From Spizellomyces punctatus DAOM BR117 (Eukaryota): DNA of 64,000 nt. A model generated the notes under the pieces. That model did not search any database. It was not told the origin of the DNA and saw nothing but the letters and a program-made list of their open reading frames with translations. The position numbers and the translations under genes are program-made. How positions within the stretch are numbered: position 1 is the stretch's first letter; every line of letters begins with the position of its first letter. This document shows, piece by piece, positions 1 through 10,898 of this stretch. The DNA is taken from the NCBI GenBank assembly GCA_000182565.2, contig KQ257460.1. The stretch is one strand, 5' to 3'.

Positions 1-48
1 TCTTGGGCGTATCAACGCAAGAATATACTGACGCAACGTGGGAAGAAG

Positions 49-1557
49 ATGTCATCCTACTCGTACTCTCCATACTACTCGCCTTATGCACCAACCTCTG
101 GGCGTTACTCACCCTACAACGCCTACCAACCCTATCCACCGCCTGCGCGCCCAGGTTCATCGGCATCGTCCGGATCCGGTGTCGAAATGATACCCACACA
201 ACCGTCGGGGACGCCAACGTCACCATATCTGCATTCGTGTGCAACACCGCCGTTACCCGTTGGTGCACGGTCTGCGTCTGTATCGCCACCTCCAAATATG
301 TACGGTAGTAATCTACATCATGGACAGCATCACGGCCGGTCAGTTAGTTTACCGCGAGGTGTTCGATCTAGATTGGGTTCGCGGGATCAGGATGAGTGGG
401 TGGATCACCGATCACATAGAGAGGAGATGTTGGATGGGCGGTATGAGGATAGGGATGCAAAGGATGTTGGGCTGGGTGTGGTACCACCTCTAGATGAAAT
501 GTCTTCGACTTTACCCTTGGCGTCCGATGAGCATGTTCACAAAACAAAGGATCTACTGGAGAAAAACGGCTTGTACACTGACTTGAACCAAACAGAGAGC
601 GAGGCGGATTTTGAATCGAATCCGAATCATCACAACCAACCCGGAGTATCCGACTATCCCAACCCCGGTCGAGACGCAAAGCAAAGCACCGTGTTTCACC
701 ATTTCACGCGGGACGACAGCTATACCCCATCCCGTAGTCCCACTCCCACTCCCAAACACTTTTACCGCCCGCCACCCCAAGCACCCGCGTCTCACATTCA
801 CCTCTTTCTCTTCTCCACCCTCACATTTATTCTCTTGCACCATTTACCATTCTTTTCTTCGTGGACTCGCACTCTCCGCTTACGACTAGGCTTTTACCCT
901 GCGCTCATCATAACCCTAGCAACCTCGGTAGCAGGTGGCACAATATTCCGGTCAAAACGCACAGCTATAGCAAACTTTTTGGTCAAGTGCCGTGCACACC
1001 CCGCCTCCCGCGAATTTGGGGCATTACTGGCAGCAATCACATTAGCGTACATTTGCGCCATCATGGCTCCACTTGCGTTCCGAATGTTGCATTCTCTTGC
1101 AACTCGCATCCCGATTTTGGGACCTTTGGGCGTGTACATTGCGTTGATGTGGTGGTGTGTCATGTTTTCGCTTGTTGGTATATGGGCTATGGCATTTTTC
1201 GCGTGGGATGTCACAAAAGTCGTGCATGGGGCGGTTGTCAATATTTTCCGATATGTTGTGGCGGCTGATCAGGATATTTCGTCTGCATCTTCGTGTGCAT
1301 CTTCGTCGGTGGGGGTGTCGACTTTTAGAGTGGTCAATGTGAGTGAATCGGAAGATGAGGATATAAAGGTTTCGGCAAGTGTGTCGGCTTATGTGGCCGC
1401 CAGTGAGAGGTTATCGACATGTGCAATTGAGAAGGGGAAGATGGCTGTAGGGAGGTTTGGAAGGGTGGCGGAAGCAGCTGAACCCGCATCAGGCATGTCA
1501 ACGCCGAGATTGAGTAGGAATTCCTCTTTTACGGATAGGCGGATGGCGATTTATTGA
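49..1557 (+). CDS. Hypothetical membrane protein, 502 aa: Pro/Ser/Tyr-rich N-terminus and about 4 hydrophobic segments
   Basis: Single long ATG-started ORF; hydrophobic stretches such as HLFLFSTLTFILL, FYPALIITLATSVAGG and VYIALMWWCVMFSLVGIWAMAFFAW; no recognised domain. Confidence 0.7.
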   Translation: MSSYSYSPYYSPYAPTSGRYSPYNAYQPYPPPARPGSSASSGSGVEMIPTQPSGTPTSPYLHSCATPPLPVGARSASVSPPPNMYGSNLHHGQHHGRSVSLPRGVRSRLGSRDQDEWVDHRSHREEMLDGRYEDRDAKDVGLGVVPPLDEMSSTLPLASDEHVHKTKDLLEKNGLYTDLNQTESEADFESNPNHHNQPGVSDYPNPGRDAKQSTVFHHFTRDDSYTPSRSPTPTPKHFYRPPPQAPASHIHLFLFSTLTFILLHHLPFFSSWTRTLRLRLGFYPALIITLATSVAGGTIFRSKRTAIANFLVKCRAHPASREFGALLAAITLAYICAIMAPLAFRMLHSLATRIPILGPLGVYIALMWWCVMFSLVGIWAMAFFAWDVTKVVHGAVVNIFRYVVAADQDISSASSCASSSVGVSTFRVVNVSESEDEDIKVSASVSAYVAASERLSTCAIEKGKMAVGRFGRVAEAAEPASGMSTPRLSRNSSFTDRRMAIY

Positions 1558-1712
1558 TCATGGTGTTAGTGTATTTGTTAATGTATTTTTTGGTATTGGC
1601 GGTTTGGTAAACAATATATCTGTCGTTGATATTGGCGACCTATTGACATTCACACCGCCCAACTGTTATCCATGCAAACAACCCACAGTCATGTATAAAA
1701 ATATACAGATTC

Positions 1713-3202
1713 CTACGCCCCTTCATCTTTAGCTGTCTCTTCTACCTTTGCTTCACCCGCAGCTTTAGTGTCCAGGGGTACTGCTTCCTGTTTTGCCTCA
1801 CCAGCGTCTAGCTTAGTCTTTTTAGCATCTCCATTTTGCGTCGCCGCCTCTGGTGCTTTTCGCTTTTTGACAAGGCTAGATATATCTGTGACGGGACCGT
1901 CCTCCTTCTTTAACTCTGGGGAAGGAATCAATTCTGTGGCTTCTTCGACCACCTTGTTCACCGCGCTCATCTTCGCGTGGAGTTCTTCGACCTAATCCAA
2001 GCAAGACGCCATCAGCAACTCAACACATCTTGGTCATCTTATACATAAAAGACGCACCTTTGCTTCCAGATCCGTTATCATCTCTGTCAGCTCTTTGATC
2101 TCTTCACTTTGATCCACGTGAGGGGTTGTCGCAGGTGCCTTGCCCTTACTACTCTGATCCTCAGCTTTAATGGCTTTGAGTTCCTCAAGGCGTTTGCTCA
2201 TATCCGCCATGGCGCGCTTGACTTCATCCAGGGCTTGGGGGTACTGTCCAGTGCCCTCCAACGTGAGAGCAACGTAGTATCGCGCTTCAGCCAACTCGCG
2301 ATGACCGATTTCCGGATATCTTTCTCGGATTTCGAGGGTTTTCTTATACTCTTCCAGAGCTTCCCTGGGGCGATCTGTGGTTTTGTGTCGTAGTCAGATA
2401 AAGCAATGAAATGTTCGACAAGTGGATTCTTATGTACCTCCTTCAAGGTGATAGTGGCCAATCAACAAATAAACATCAGCTAATCGGCGATTGCTCGCTT
2501 CCGAGTCCATTTGCTGGTATGCGGTTGCTGCCACCGTGAGAGCTTCGTATGCAATCTCCATGTCCTCCGCGTCTTCATCAGCTTCTTGTGCTGGGATCTC
2601 TTCGACGTTCTCTGCTCCGTCACCTTCAAAGATAAACCGGGAGGCTTTTTCTGCGAGCTCTTTCAATGCTAAGGATTTGCAAGGGTTAATAACGACATTA
2701 TTTCCACGACCGATAATGATGGGAAATACCAGCAGCTGCCATTTCATCCGGATCCTGAACTTTGTCGTCGACTCCAGACTTTCCAAATACGGAGCTCTTT
2801 TCAACAGCCAAGAAGTACAGAGCCCGACCGTAGAGATAAAGGGCGTCGGCGCATTCCGGGGCACCGTCTCCATAGTGTGCAGACCTAAGTGTGCCAACCT
2901 TGTGAGATATTAACCAGCGAAACATTCCAAAAAGGTACTTACAGAGCAGACACGGCTCTACTCAACTCCTCAGCAGCATACTCATACTGCTTCTCTATGA
3001 TGAATTTCTCCCCCGTCTCCAACATTTGAATAGCTTCCTCGATAGAAGGCAAGTCCTCCTGCTCGTCCTCGAAATCTTCGACGGAGCTACCCGCTACCTC
3101 AGGCTCTTGTGCATCCATATTTTCGGGCTCAGCGGGAGTATTCTTGGTGGAACTGTTGGTAGCCGATTCTTGAGTGGTTGGCAAAGGTTCTTCAGAGGTC
3201 AT
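1713..3202 (-). CDS. NASP/Sim3/Hif1-family histone chaperone (SHNi-TPR), multi-exon
   Basis: Exon pieces YEYAAEELSRAVSAL, HYGDGAPECADALYLYGRALY, EDMEIAYEALTVA, LADVYLLIG, AEARYYVALTLE; C-terminal DISSLVKKRK NLS-like tail; GT-AG introns join the ORF fragments. Confidence 0.85.
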
Positions 3203-3543
3203 TGCGTGATGCCAGTATGAAATGGTGGTGAAAACTCACAGAGTGTCCGGACAAGGAGACCCACAGTCTGTGTCTGGCACGTGTGTGGCTTAGCTGTTAG
3301 CTAATCCAAACTCGATCATGACCCAAAAATTCCCACGCTCGTCTTCTCGTATTTCCTCCATCATTTTCCTTGTCAGCAACTACGAGTTTGAATCTCGCTC
3401 ATGGCAATAACCCATGGCATTTTTACTGCTTTTCAAATCGCATTCGTATCAAGAGATGCATTGGAAAATACTTTGTTTTTTTGTTGGATTTTGTATTGCG
3501 CAGAGCATGACCGCGTTCATCAATGATTGTAAAGTTTCTTCCT

Positions 3544-3867
3544 TTTATTTCATCCTTTATTGTAAGAGACAAGCTCTTTTTCTTTATTACAGGCCCTCCC
3601 CCTGGCCGGAACCAGAGAACACTCCCACCGAGGTGGATCGTGGGTGCCGCTCCCCCAACGCGGGTCACTCAGTCCTGTTCAACCAAAGAAGACTAGAATA
3701 CGCGGCAGGAAATAAAGAAGAAGAAGAAGACAAGAAAAACCCGACCTTGCAAACCTGAGATAAAAGCACAAAACACAAAACAAATACCACCTCAAAAACC
3801 CAAGCACAAGAAAACCCCACCGCGTAAAGAAGAAGCCGGGGGGAGGCGAGAAAGGTCGTCTTTTATA
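3544..3867 (-). other. Putative short non-coding transcription unit or LTR-like element
   Basis: Minus strand reads TATAAAA (3861-3867), a pyrimidine-rich leader, two GT-AG intron-like segments, a GC-rich multi-hairpin module (3589-3678) and AATAAA copies (3583-3588, 3556-3561, 3544-3549). No credible ORF. Confidence 0.4.
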
Positions 3868-3960
3868 ACCCTGGGGGACTGCGCTGTTTTTTGCAATGCG
3901 GAATTCTCGGCGGAAGATAACGTATCCTGCGTACGTCATTCTTCTGAGCACGCCATGAAC

Positions 3961-3991
3961 GCCCAATCATTGTCGCCGCCCAATCATTGTC
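3961..3991. repeat. Tandem duplication GCCCAATCATTGTC x2, each containing a CCAAT box
   Basis: Identical 14-mers at 3961-3974 and 3978-3991, about 100 nt upstream of the minus-strand TATA. Confidence 0.7.
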
Positions 3992-5831
3992 TTCGTCGTG
4001 TTCCCCTCCTGGCGTGCATTCGTTCCCCTTGCACACGCGCGAGCCAATATTATGTAAACGCGCCCATGGTCGAATCATCATATTGCCTTATGGATAATCC
4101 AAGGGCTCTATGGATAATCCAATGCATTCGCCAGCAGCTGCTTTCTAGTGTACAACTGAATGGATTGGATGCAGAATACCGTCGCCTCTTGAAGGCAAGC
4201 AGTGTGTATCTTTTACCGATTAGCGCCGTGTAAAACGTCATGTATTGCATTTGGGCGTCGGTTCTCATTCTTTGCCTGCCAGTCTCCTCAGACCACAGAC
4301 CAGGATGTGCAGGATTTCATAGCAGTAATGCGCAGTGCTACGGATGGTCTTTTGCCCAAAGAGCATTTCATGCTATCGCATCCAATCATACATAATTCCT
4401 TCCATCAAGACTCGAGTCATTACTTTCAATGCATTGCACCAAAAATGCAAGTGCAATGCATTCGAACATAATCTCTACAGGCCCATCCAGGAAGGTCGTC
4501 ATTGTCAGACCTAATTAACTGCCTCTATTACGTTGCACGGATAAGGATCCTTTGAAGGGCATGCAATTTGTCCCTTGCCGTCGGGATAACACGGGACACG
4601 ATGGGCGGCACCTTGACCGCGTGCGCGTTCCATCCAAAGGTCATCTCCTGCTGTCGTCATCATGAATGCATACAAGACAAGGAAGTTTGAAGGAAGATGG
4701 ATGCACATCGCGCAGTAATCCAAGCAGCTCAAGCATGCAGCCGTATGGCAGCGTCTGGCAGAGTCTGGCACTCAATGTAAATGTATCAATGTTTTTCAAC
4801 TTATGCCTTCAGCATATCTCCCAACGTTTCGACTTGATAATGACTGGAACATGGGTTTTACTAACTCATCAGCGTCTATCTTCCAATGATATTCCATCAT
4901 CACACATACAGGTCCTTGAATCTTCCATATCAAGAAGAATGACCAAAGGGGGATACAAAGGCGATGACGCACGCGGATATCGCGTACTCTATCGTCACAC
5001 AGGACAGATACATCAGAACACAAGTCCCTTCCTTCCATGCTTCTTGTCCAATTATCGCTCTAACTCTGAACGCCCATTGGAGTATGCCAAGAACGCTGCT
5101 GCAGGACGGATGGAGGATGCTAGCTCTCAACTCACCACCGTCGTCCTATTCCTTGCTAAAGCCCAGCACTGCATAAAATAATTACACTCTCAAAGTGTCT
5201 TTCTACGAATATTTGAAATTCCATCTTCAAATATACATTAAAATGCCCGTTGAAATATACAAAAGGAGAGGGTGGGTCCATGGGACATGGAACACCTCTA
5301 AGAAAACTGTGCCGCAGACGCACGCGTAACTAAGCCTCGCGAAAAGTTGACATATCGCCTTGGTCTCCTTCCTTCTTTTTCCTATGAGCCCTTCTGCCCA
5401 GGCCCACCGTAGGTTGCATGTCCATCTACTCTTACGGGGTGAACAGCTGCAGTGCTTATTATGCATTATTGGAGATGGATACTCGCATAATTCGTTTAGC
5501 GCATGAATTGGACGGACATTGTTTGTTCTTTGCGCTGTTGAACGAGGTGCAGTAGATCCAGAACGTAATGGGTCATGCAGCTGGTGTACAAAAGAACCCT
5601 GCAATTTCAATTACTCCATGCGTGGATGGAACGACCAGGTTTACCCCTTGCATGATGACGAGTGTATTTGAAATACCTGACCACATTGACACGCGCGCGC
5701 GTTTTTTGTTTTTTTCTTCCGCGATATCCCGAATACCAGCCCCAGCACGCCATCGCAATTAGGCCCCGTTTCTTTTCTTTTTGGAGATTGATGGGGGAGT
5801 ACTGCGCGAGATGGGGGGGCCTCGGAAAGTC

Positions 5832-5840
5832 TATAAAAAG
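5832..5840 (+). promoter_or_regulatory. TATA box of the twister-containing unit
   Basis: TATAAAAAG followed by a pyrimidine-rich tract; the 13-mer GTCTATAAAAAGG recurs at 58396-58408. Confidence 0.55.
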
Positions 5841-5969
5841 GCACCCTCTCGCCCATCTCCCCAACTTGTCTTCACTCGTTTTTTTTCTTCTTCTTCTCAT
5901 GTTTCTTGTTTTCCTCTGTTCTTGCCTTCCTGTTGCGTGCTTGTCTTTCACTTTTCTTATTTATTTTAG

Positions 5970-6335
5970 TTCGTTCGTTCGGTCGTCTTTCGTTCGTTCG
6001 GTCGGCCGGCTTTCATTCGTTCGGTCTTCCCTCCTTCGTTCGTTCGCGTCTCTCCGTTCACTCGGGCCTCATATTTCCTTCGGTTCGCCTCATATTTCGG
6101 TCCGTCGGTCGGTCTTCCTTCGGTTGTGCCTCATATTTCGGTCGTGCCTCATCTCGGTCGGTCGGTCGGTCTTCGGTTGTGCCTCTTATCTCGGACGGTC
6201 CTCATATCTCGGTCGCGCCTCATATCTCGGTCGGTCGGTCGGTCTTCCTCCTTCGGTCGGGCGGTCGGTCGGTCGGTTCTCCTCCTTCGGTCGGTCGGGC
6301 GGTCGGTCGGTCGGTTCTCCTCCTCCTTCGGTCGG
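5970..6335 (+). repeat. Composite minisatellite: (CGGT/CGTT)n, about 7 copies of GCCTCATATYTCGGT-like units, 3 copies of CTCCTTCGGTCGG
   Basis: GCCTCATAT-like units near 6066, 6087, 6128, 6146, 6181, 6199 and 6217, interleaved with GGTC runs; this strand is strongly A-depleted. Confidence 0.9.
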
Positions 6336-6421
6336 CGCGGCGGGTTTGTACCTTGTTTTCTTTTCCGTTTCGGCGCACCATTTCTTTGCAGGGAACGATA
6401 AAGGTGCGTACGTTCGTTTGT

Positions 6422-6497
6422 GGTTCAAATGCAGCCTGCCACAAGTCTTGCACTTGTGGTTGCCGGTCACAAGCCCGGGTAAATGCAGAGTGGAACC
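6422..6497 (+). ncRNA. Twister self-cleaving ribozyme, P1 type with P3 stem
   Basis: P1 GGTTC(6422-6426)/GAACC(6493-6497); P2 TGCA(6430-6433)/TGCA(6484-6487); P3 CCACAAGT/ACTTGTGG; P4 CCGG/CCGG closing loop TCACAAGC. Pseudoknots: CAC(6468-6470)/GTG(6490-6492) and GC(6434-6435)/GC(6473-6474). The core GCCGGTCACAAGCCCGGGTAAA...GAGTG aligns with the rice twister core GCCGGUCCCAAGCCCGGAUAAA...GAGGG as I recall it. Confidence 0.9.
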
Positions 6498-7471
6498 TTT
6501 TGCTATTGTACTTGCCTATGGTGTTTTGGTTGTTTGGGTGCGATAAGTCTTTGTGATCTTGTAATAAAGTGCCTATTGTACAGTAGCAGTTCTTGTAATC
6601 TTGATATAATAAAATATTAAAATGCCTATTCCAAACGACTTTTTCATGACCAATAAATAAAATAATCTTCCAAATTGTCAAACTTGACAATCCAAATCAA
6701 AAACTTGGCGCATATGAGCACTATCTTGAATTTGCAAACATTGTGATGTCGAGCTCAGAAAGCACTAGGCATCAAGCCTGATAGGTCGGTTAATGGAACA
6801 AGAGCCGTGTCAACGCACATTGGAGATGTGATACCAGCCAGTGTTTTCGCTGATTCGGGAGGCCCGCCAATCTGTGCACGGACAAATTTCAACACAAAAG
6901 TGTTAGAATCCCGTCAGCAAAGAATTGTCCAGCACGCTGCCAAACTGTTTTGATATCTCGTACGTTTCAAAGGAGCTTGGAGCCACTGCTACCGGTTATC
7001 GGTTATTGTACGCACGCAAGCTACCCAATACGCTCAACCCAATGACAATACTGCTCGTAGCCTGGGATTATTTCTAGATCTACACTATTATCCACTTCCA
7101 TATATATAGCTCATCCTCTACCAATGAATATGTCGATGGAATATGCACCGCCAGTGCTGCGTCAAACGTAGGCTTGGTCGTACGCGGATGATGTGGAATA
7201 GCATGCTGTCAAATAGAAAGACTTGCAGATGAAAAGGCGTCGGACGTTGTCTGTTCACACCACTTTTTGACCAAAAGATGGTGACGGTGGCCAAACTTCT
7301 TACAGAGGTGGAAGAGCTGACAAGGACGATCACACATTGTCCTCCACAGAAAGGTAAGGGTATTTCAAAATAACGACTATTTTCGAACCATAGAACACAA
7401 ATGAGAAAGAAAATACAAGCAAAAGTTCACACAAACATAAAAAAATATACGCCAGCTATTCTACATCTGCT

Positions 7472-10400
7472 CTACAATTTGGCCTTAACATAGACCTGCT
7501 GCCCAAACGTCCCATCCTCAGACGCAGGGGTACCCAGATTCTTGTTCGTACCTTTCCACCCATCCTCAAAAGCAGCAGCAAGTACCTCATCAACCGTTTT
7601 GGCAAACACAAACTCAATATCCTTTCTCACGTTTGCGGGGACCTCTCGCAAATCATTGGCATTTCGAAACGGTATGATGACCCGTCGAATGCCACCACGA
7701 TGAGCTGCAAGGACTTTTTCCTTGATACCGCCGACGGGGAGTACTTGGCCCCTCAATGTTATTTCGCCTGTCATCGCAGTATGGTCGCGAACAGGTTTTT
7801 GGGAAAAGAGGGAGACGAGGGCAGTGACGATAGTGACACCGGCGCTAGGACCATCTTTGGGAATCGCACCGGCGGGGAGATGGATGTGGACATCGAGACC
7901 TTCAAGGACATTCGAGGTTGAGACTTTGGCGAGACCTAGGCGGGTGGCGTTTGCGCGGACCCAAGTTAGACCCAATTGAGCGGATTCCTTGATCACGTCA
8001 CCCAGTTTGCCTGTCGTTTCGGAGACAAAGCAAAGTCAATAAATCTGTCTTACATTATGACCAAGTCACAAATGGAAAGGAACCTACCGGTTAGATGAAG
8101 CACCCCCTTCCCAGCCATCTGCGTCGCCTCAATAAATAACAATCCACCGGACCCACTGGCTGTCCAAGCCAATCCAGTCACAACACCCGGTATCGAGGCC
8201 CGTTCCGCAACTTCATCATCAAATCTCTCTGGTCCAAGAATCTTCTCCAGCTTTTCTGGTGTCACGTTCCCATTGAACGCATCAGGGGTAGTCTTTTCCT
8301 TTGCATCCGCATACTCCACGGCCATCGCTCGACAAACCGCTCCAATTTCCCGCTCCAAGTTACGGACACCGGCTTCACGGGTGTACCCCGTGGCAATCTT
8401 CATGAGGACATTCTCCTCAATCCGAATTTCGTCAGGTTCAATTCCGTGAGCTTTGATTTGCTTTGGCAAAAGGTGCCGTTTTGCAATGTGAAGTTTCTCA
8501 TCAAATGTGTATCCAGGAATGCGTATCACTTCCTATTAAACGTTGCAATTATGTCAGTTTCTGGTACCAAATCATCACATCTAATTTCAATTTGCTGTAT
8601 CCTCACCATACGATCGAACAGCGGACCCGGAATCGTATCTGCATCGTTTGCGGTGGCAATGAAAAGGACATTGGAAAGATCAAAGGGAACGTTGAGGTAA
8701 TGATCGGTGAAAGTTGAATTCTGCTCTGGATCCAAAACTTCGAGCAATGCTGAGGAAGGGTCCCCACGGGCGTCATGGCCCAGCTTATCTATCTCGTCTG
8801 CGAAAGGCAAACAGCAAGGTGAGTCCAGAAGAATACCAAAGTTTGGACTTATATAAACGATGCAAAAAGCACATACCGAGTAGGATTACTGGATTATTCA
8901 CACCACATCTTCGAAGTCCCTGAATGATCCGCCCAGGAAGCGCACCAATATAAGTTCGCCTATGTCCACGGATCTCGGCTTCATCCCTCACGCCCCCCAG
9001 AGAAATACGATGGAATTTACGTCCCAAGGCATTCGCCAAAGATTTGCCCAGACTCGTTTTCCCAACTCCTGGAGGCCCAAGGAAGCACAAAATTGGTCCC
9101 TTGAGATCTTGCTTAAGTTTCCGGACAGCAAGGTACTCGAGAATACGGGTTTTGACCTTCTCCAACCCAAAATGATCTTCATCCAATTGACTTCGGGCCC
9201 GCGCAATGTCCATCACGTCCTCAGTTTGCTTCTCCCACGGGAGTTCGGACAGCCATTCTAGATAGGTACGAACGACCTGATACTCTGCCATACTCGGATG
9301 CATCCGCTTCAGACGGCGAAGTTCACGTTCAGCGGCTTTGGTTGCTTCTTCTGGCAGTTTTGCTTCGGAGATCCGTTTTGTGAGGTCTGCCACGTCGTCC
9401 TCCTCCTGGTCATCTGACTCTCCCAATTCCTTTTTGATCGCATCAAGCTAGTGCACAAATTGAGCTATTTACCACATTTGCGTAAAGATTTTGATGCGGA
9501 AATTTACCTGTTGACGGAGGTAAAACTCCCGTTGCTTTTTCCCTAATTTACTCTCCACGGTGGATTGTAGCTTTTGAGATATCTTTAGGACTTGTATCTG
9601 TCGCGTGAGCAGCTCCAAGGTACGGGTAATCCGCGTCTTCACATCAATGGTCTCCAAAATTTGCAGTTTTTCCTCCATGCTCACATCGATCATACTGGCG
9701 AACAAGTCAGCCAGCTGACCTGGTGGCGTTGAGTCGAGCATTTGCCTGAGTTGGTTGAGTACTGTTGGTGGAAGCTGTAGTTGGGAAAGAACATTGGCTA
9801 GTTCTTGATTCAAAAAGTTAGCACAACTGCGCAAATTCTATTCGGGAGGGACAAACTAACCATGTCCACTTGTGCGCAGGTTCAGAATGATTGCTTGCAG
9901 CTCTGTGTCCTCTTTATCAATCTCCATCTCCATATGGATGCTTATAGCAGCTTCGAAATATGGAACAGTTTTTACAAACTTTTCAATTTTGAATCGCGCA
10001 ATCCCTGCAAATCAGAGTCAAAACTAAGGCTATTAAGAGGTACCACTAGCAGGAAACCAACCTTCCAATGTCACAGCATATGTAGCGCGAGAGAGTCTAG
10101 CCTCATTAGGACTATTCTTTTTAAATGCCACAATGCGGGCAGCAACACCCCATGAAAAGAGCTCGCTTTGGTCTATAGGTTTCCGGCCATCGTCCTGCTC
10201 GACGGTACGTGGCTTTCCCAAGCGGGATACAGAAGAGGTCGGTGTAGATGTACCGTTACTTGATTGATCATCCTTGGCAATAGGTTTGATGGGAACGCAG
10301 CCGACAATGATGCTCTGGTTTTTCGCATATTGGAGCCATAGCTGGTCCATCAGATGCGTCGTGTCTCTCCTCCCAATTTGCAGGCGAAGCACGATTCCGG

Positions 10401-10476
10401 GCAGGAGGACCCGGTTATTGCGTGTCGGGATGATGGGAAGAACCCGCGGGATTTCTGGCGCTTTGGAAGGAGCCAT
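7472..10476 (-). CDS. LONP2: Peroxisomal Lon protease (LONP2-like), multi-exon
   Basis: [14 protein letters not shown], Walker [14 protein letters not shown], catalytic PKDGPSAG and IKEK; C-terminal PTS1 -KAKL. Confidence 0.93.
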
Positions 10477-10898
10477 CGGCAACAAAAGTTGAAATGAAAT
10501 CTACTCAAACTGCAATGCAACAGCAATTTAAAGTTCGCCTTGAAGCACTTTGTCATCTCGTTCCGTTGGCTAAGCCCCCAATAAGATCTTCCAGTCACAT
10601 GTCAATCTGCCCCATGTGACATTTGGGGCGGATGAAATCGCTGCCGGATTCAACTCGTTGCGTCTTTCCGTTTTGTTGAATTTACGCCATTTCAACCCCC
10701 CATCCGCCAACGGTTTCCTGTGCAAACAAGGCACGCACAAGTACCTCCTACGCAATCTCCAGTGACAGGTAGGTTGGCGGGTGTAGAACGTCTACTTTGA
10801 CAATTGTGCTTGTAACAAAAAGAGATCACGGACTGAACATTGGACTACCGTTTTTCATCTAGCACCATTCCATATATTCCTCTTGTTCGCCCACCACC

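Noticed and set aside
3589-3680. Hairpin ribozyme (ACCAGAGAAC and CAGTCCTGTT on +) or hammerhead (CTGAGTGA on -)
   Set aside because: The loop A AGAA opposite GTC and the loop B GUAUAUUAC strand are missing; no GAAA follows the putative hammerhead stem II.
5970-6335. CRISPR-like array
   Set aside because: Repeats are short and degenerate, the spacers are themselves repetitive, the context is eukaryotic and there are no cas genes.
5662-6690. Long ORFs (294, 216 and 156 aa) over the repeat array
   Set aside because: They arise from an A-poor repeat that rarely forms stop codons; the products are low-complexity RSVG repeats with no domain.
6800-7375. Small spliced gene between the twister unit and Lon
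   Set aside because: Splice-like signals exist, but every frame I tried ran into early stops.
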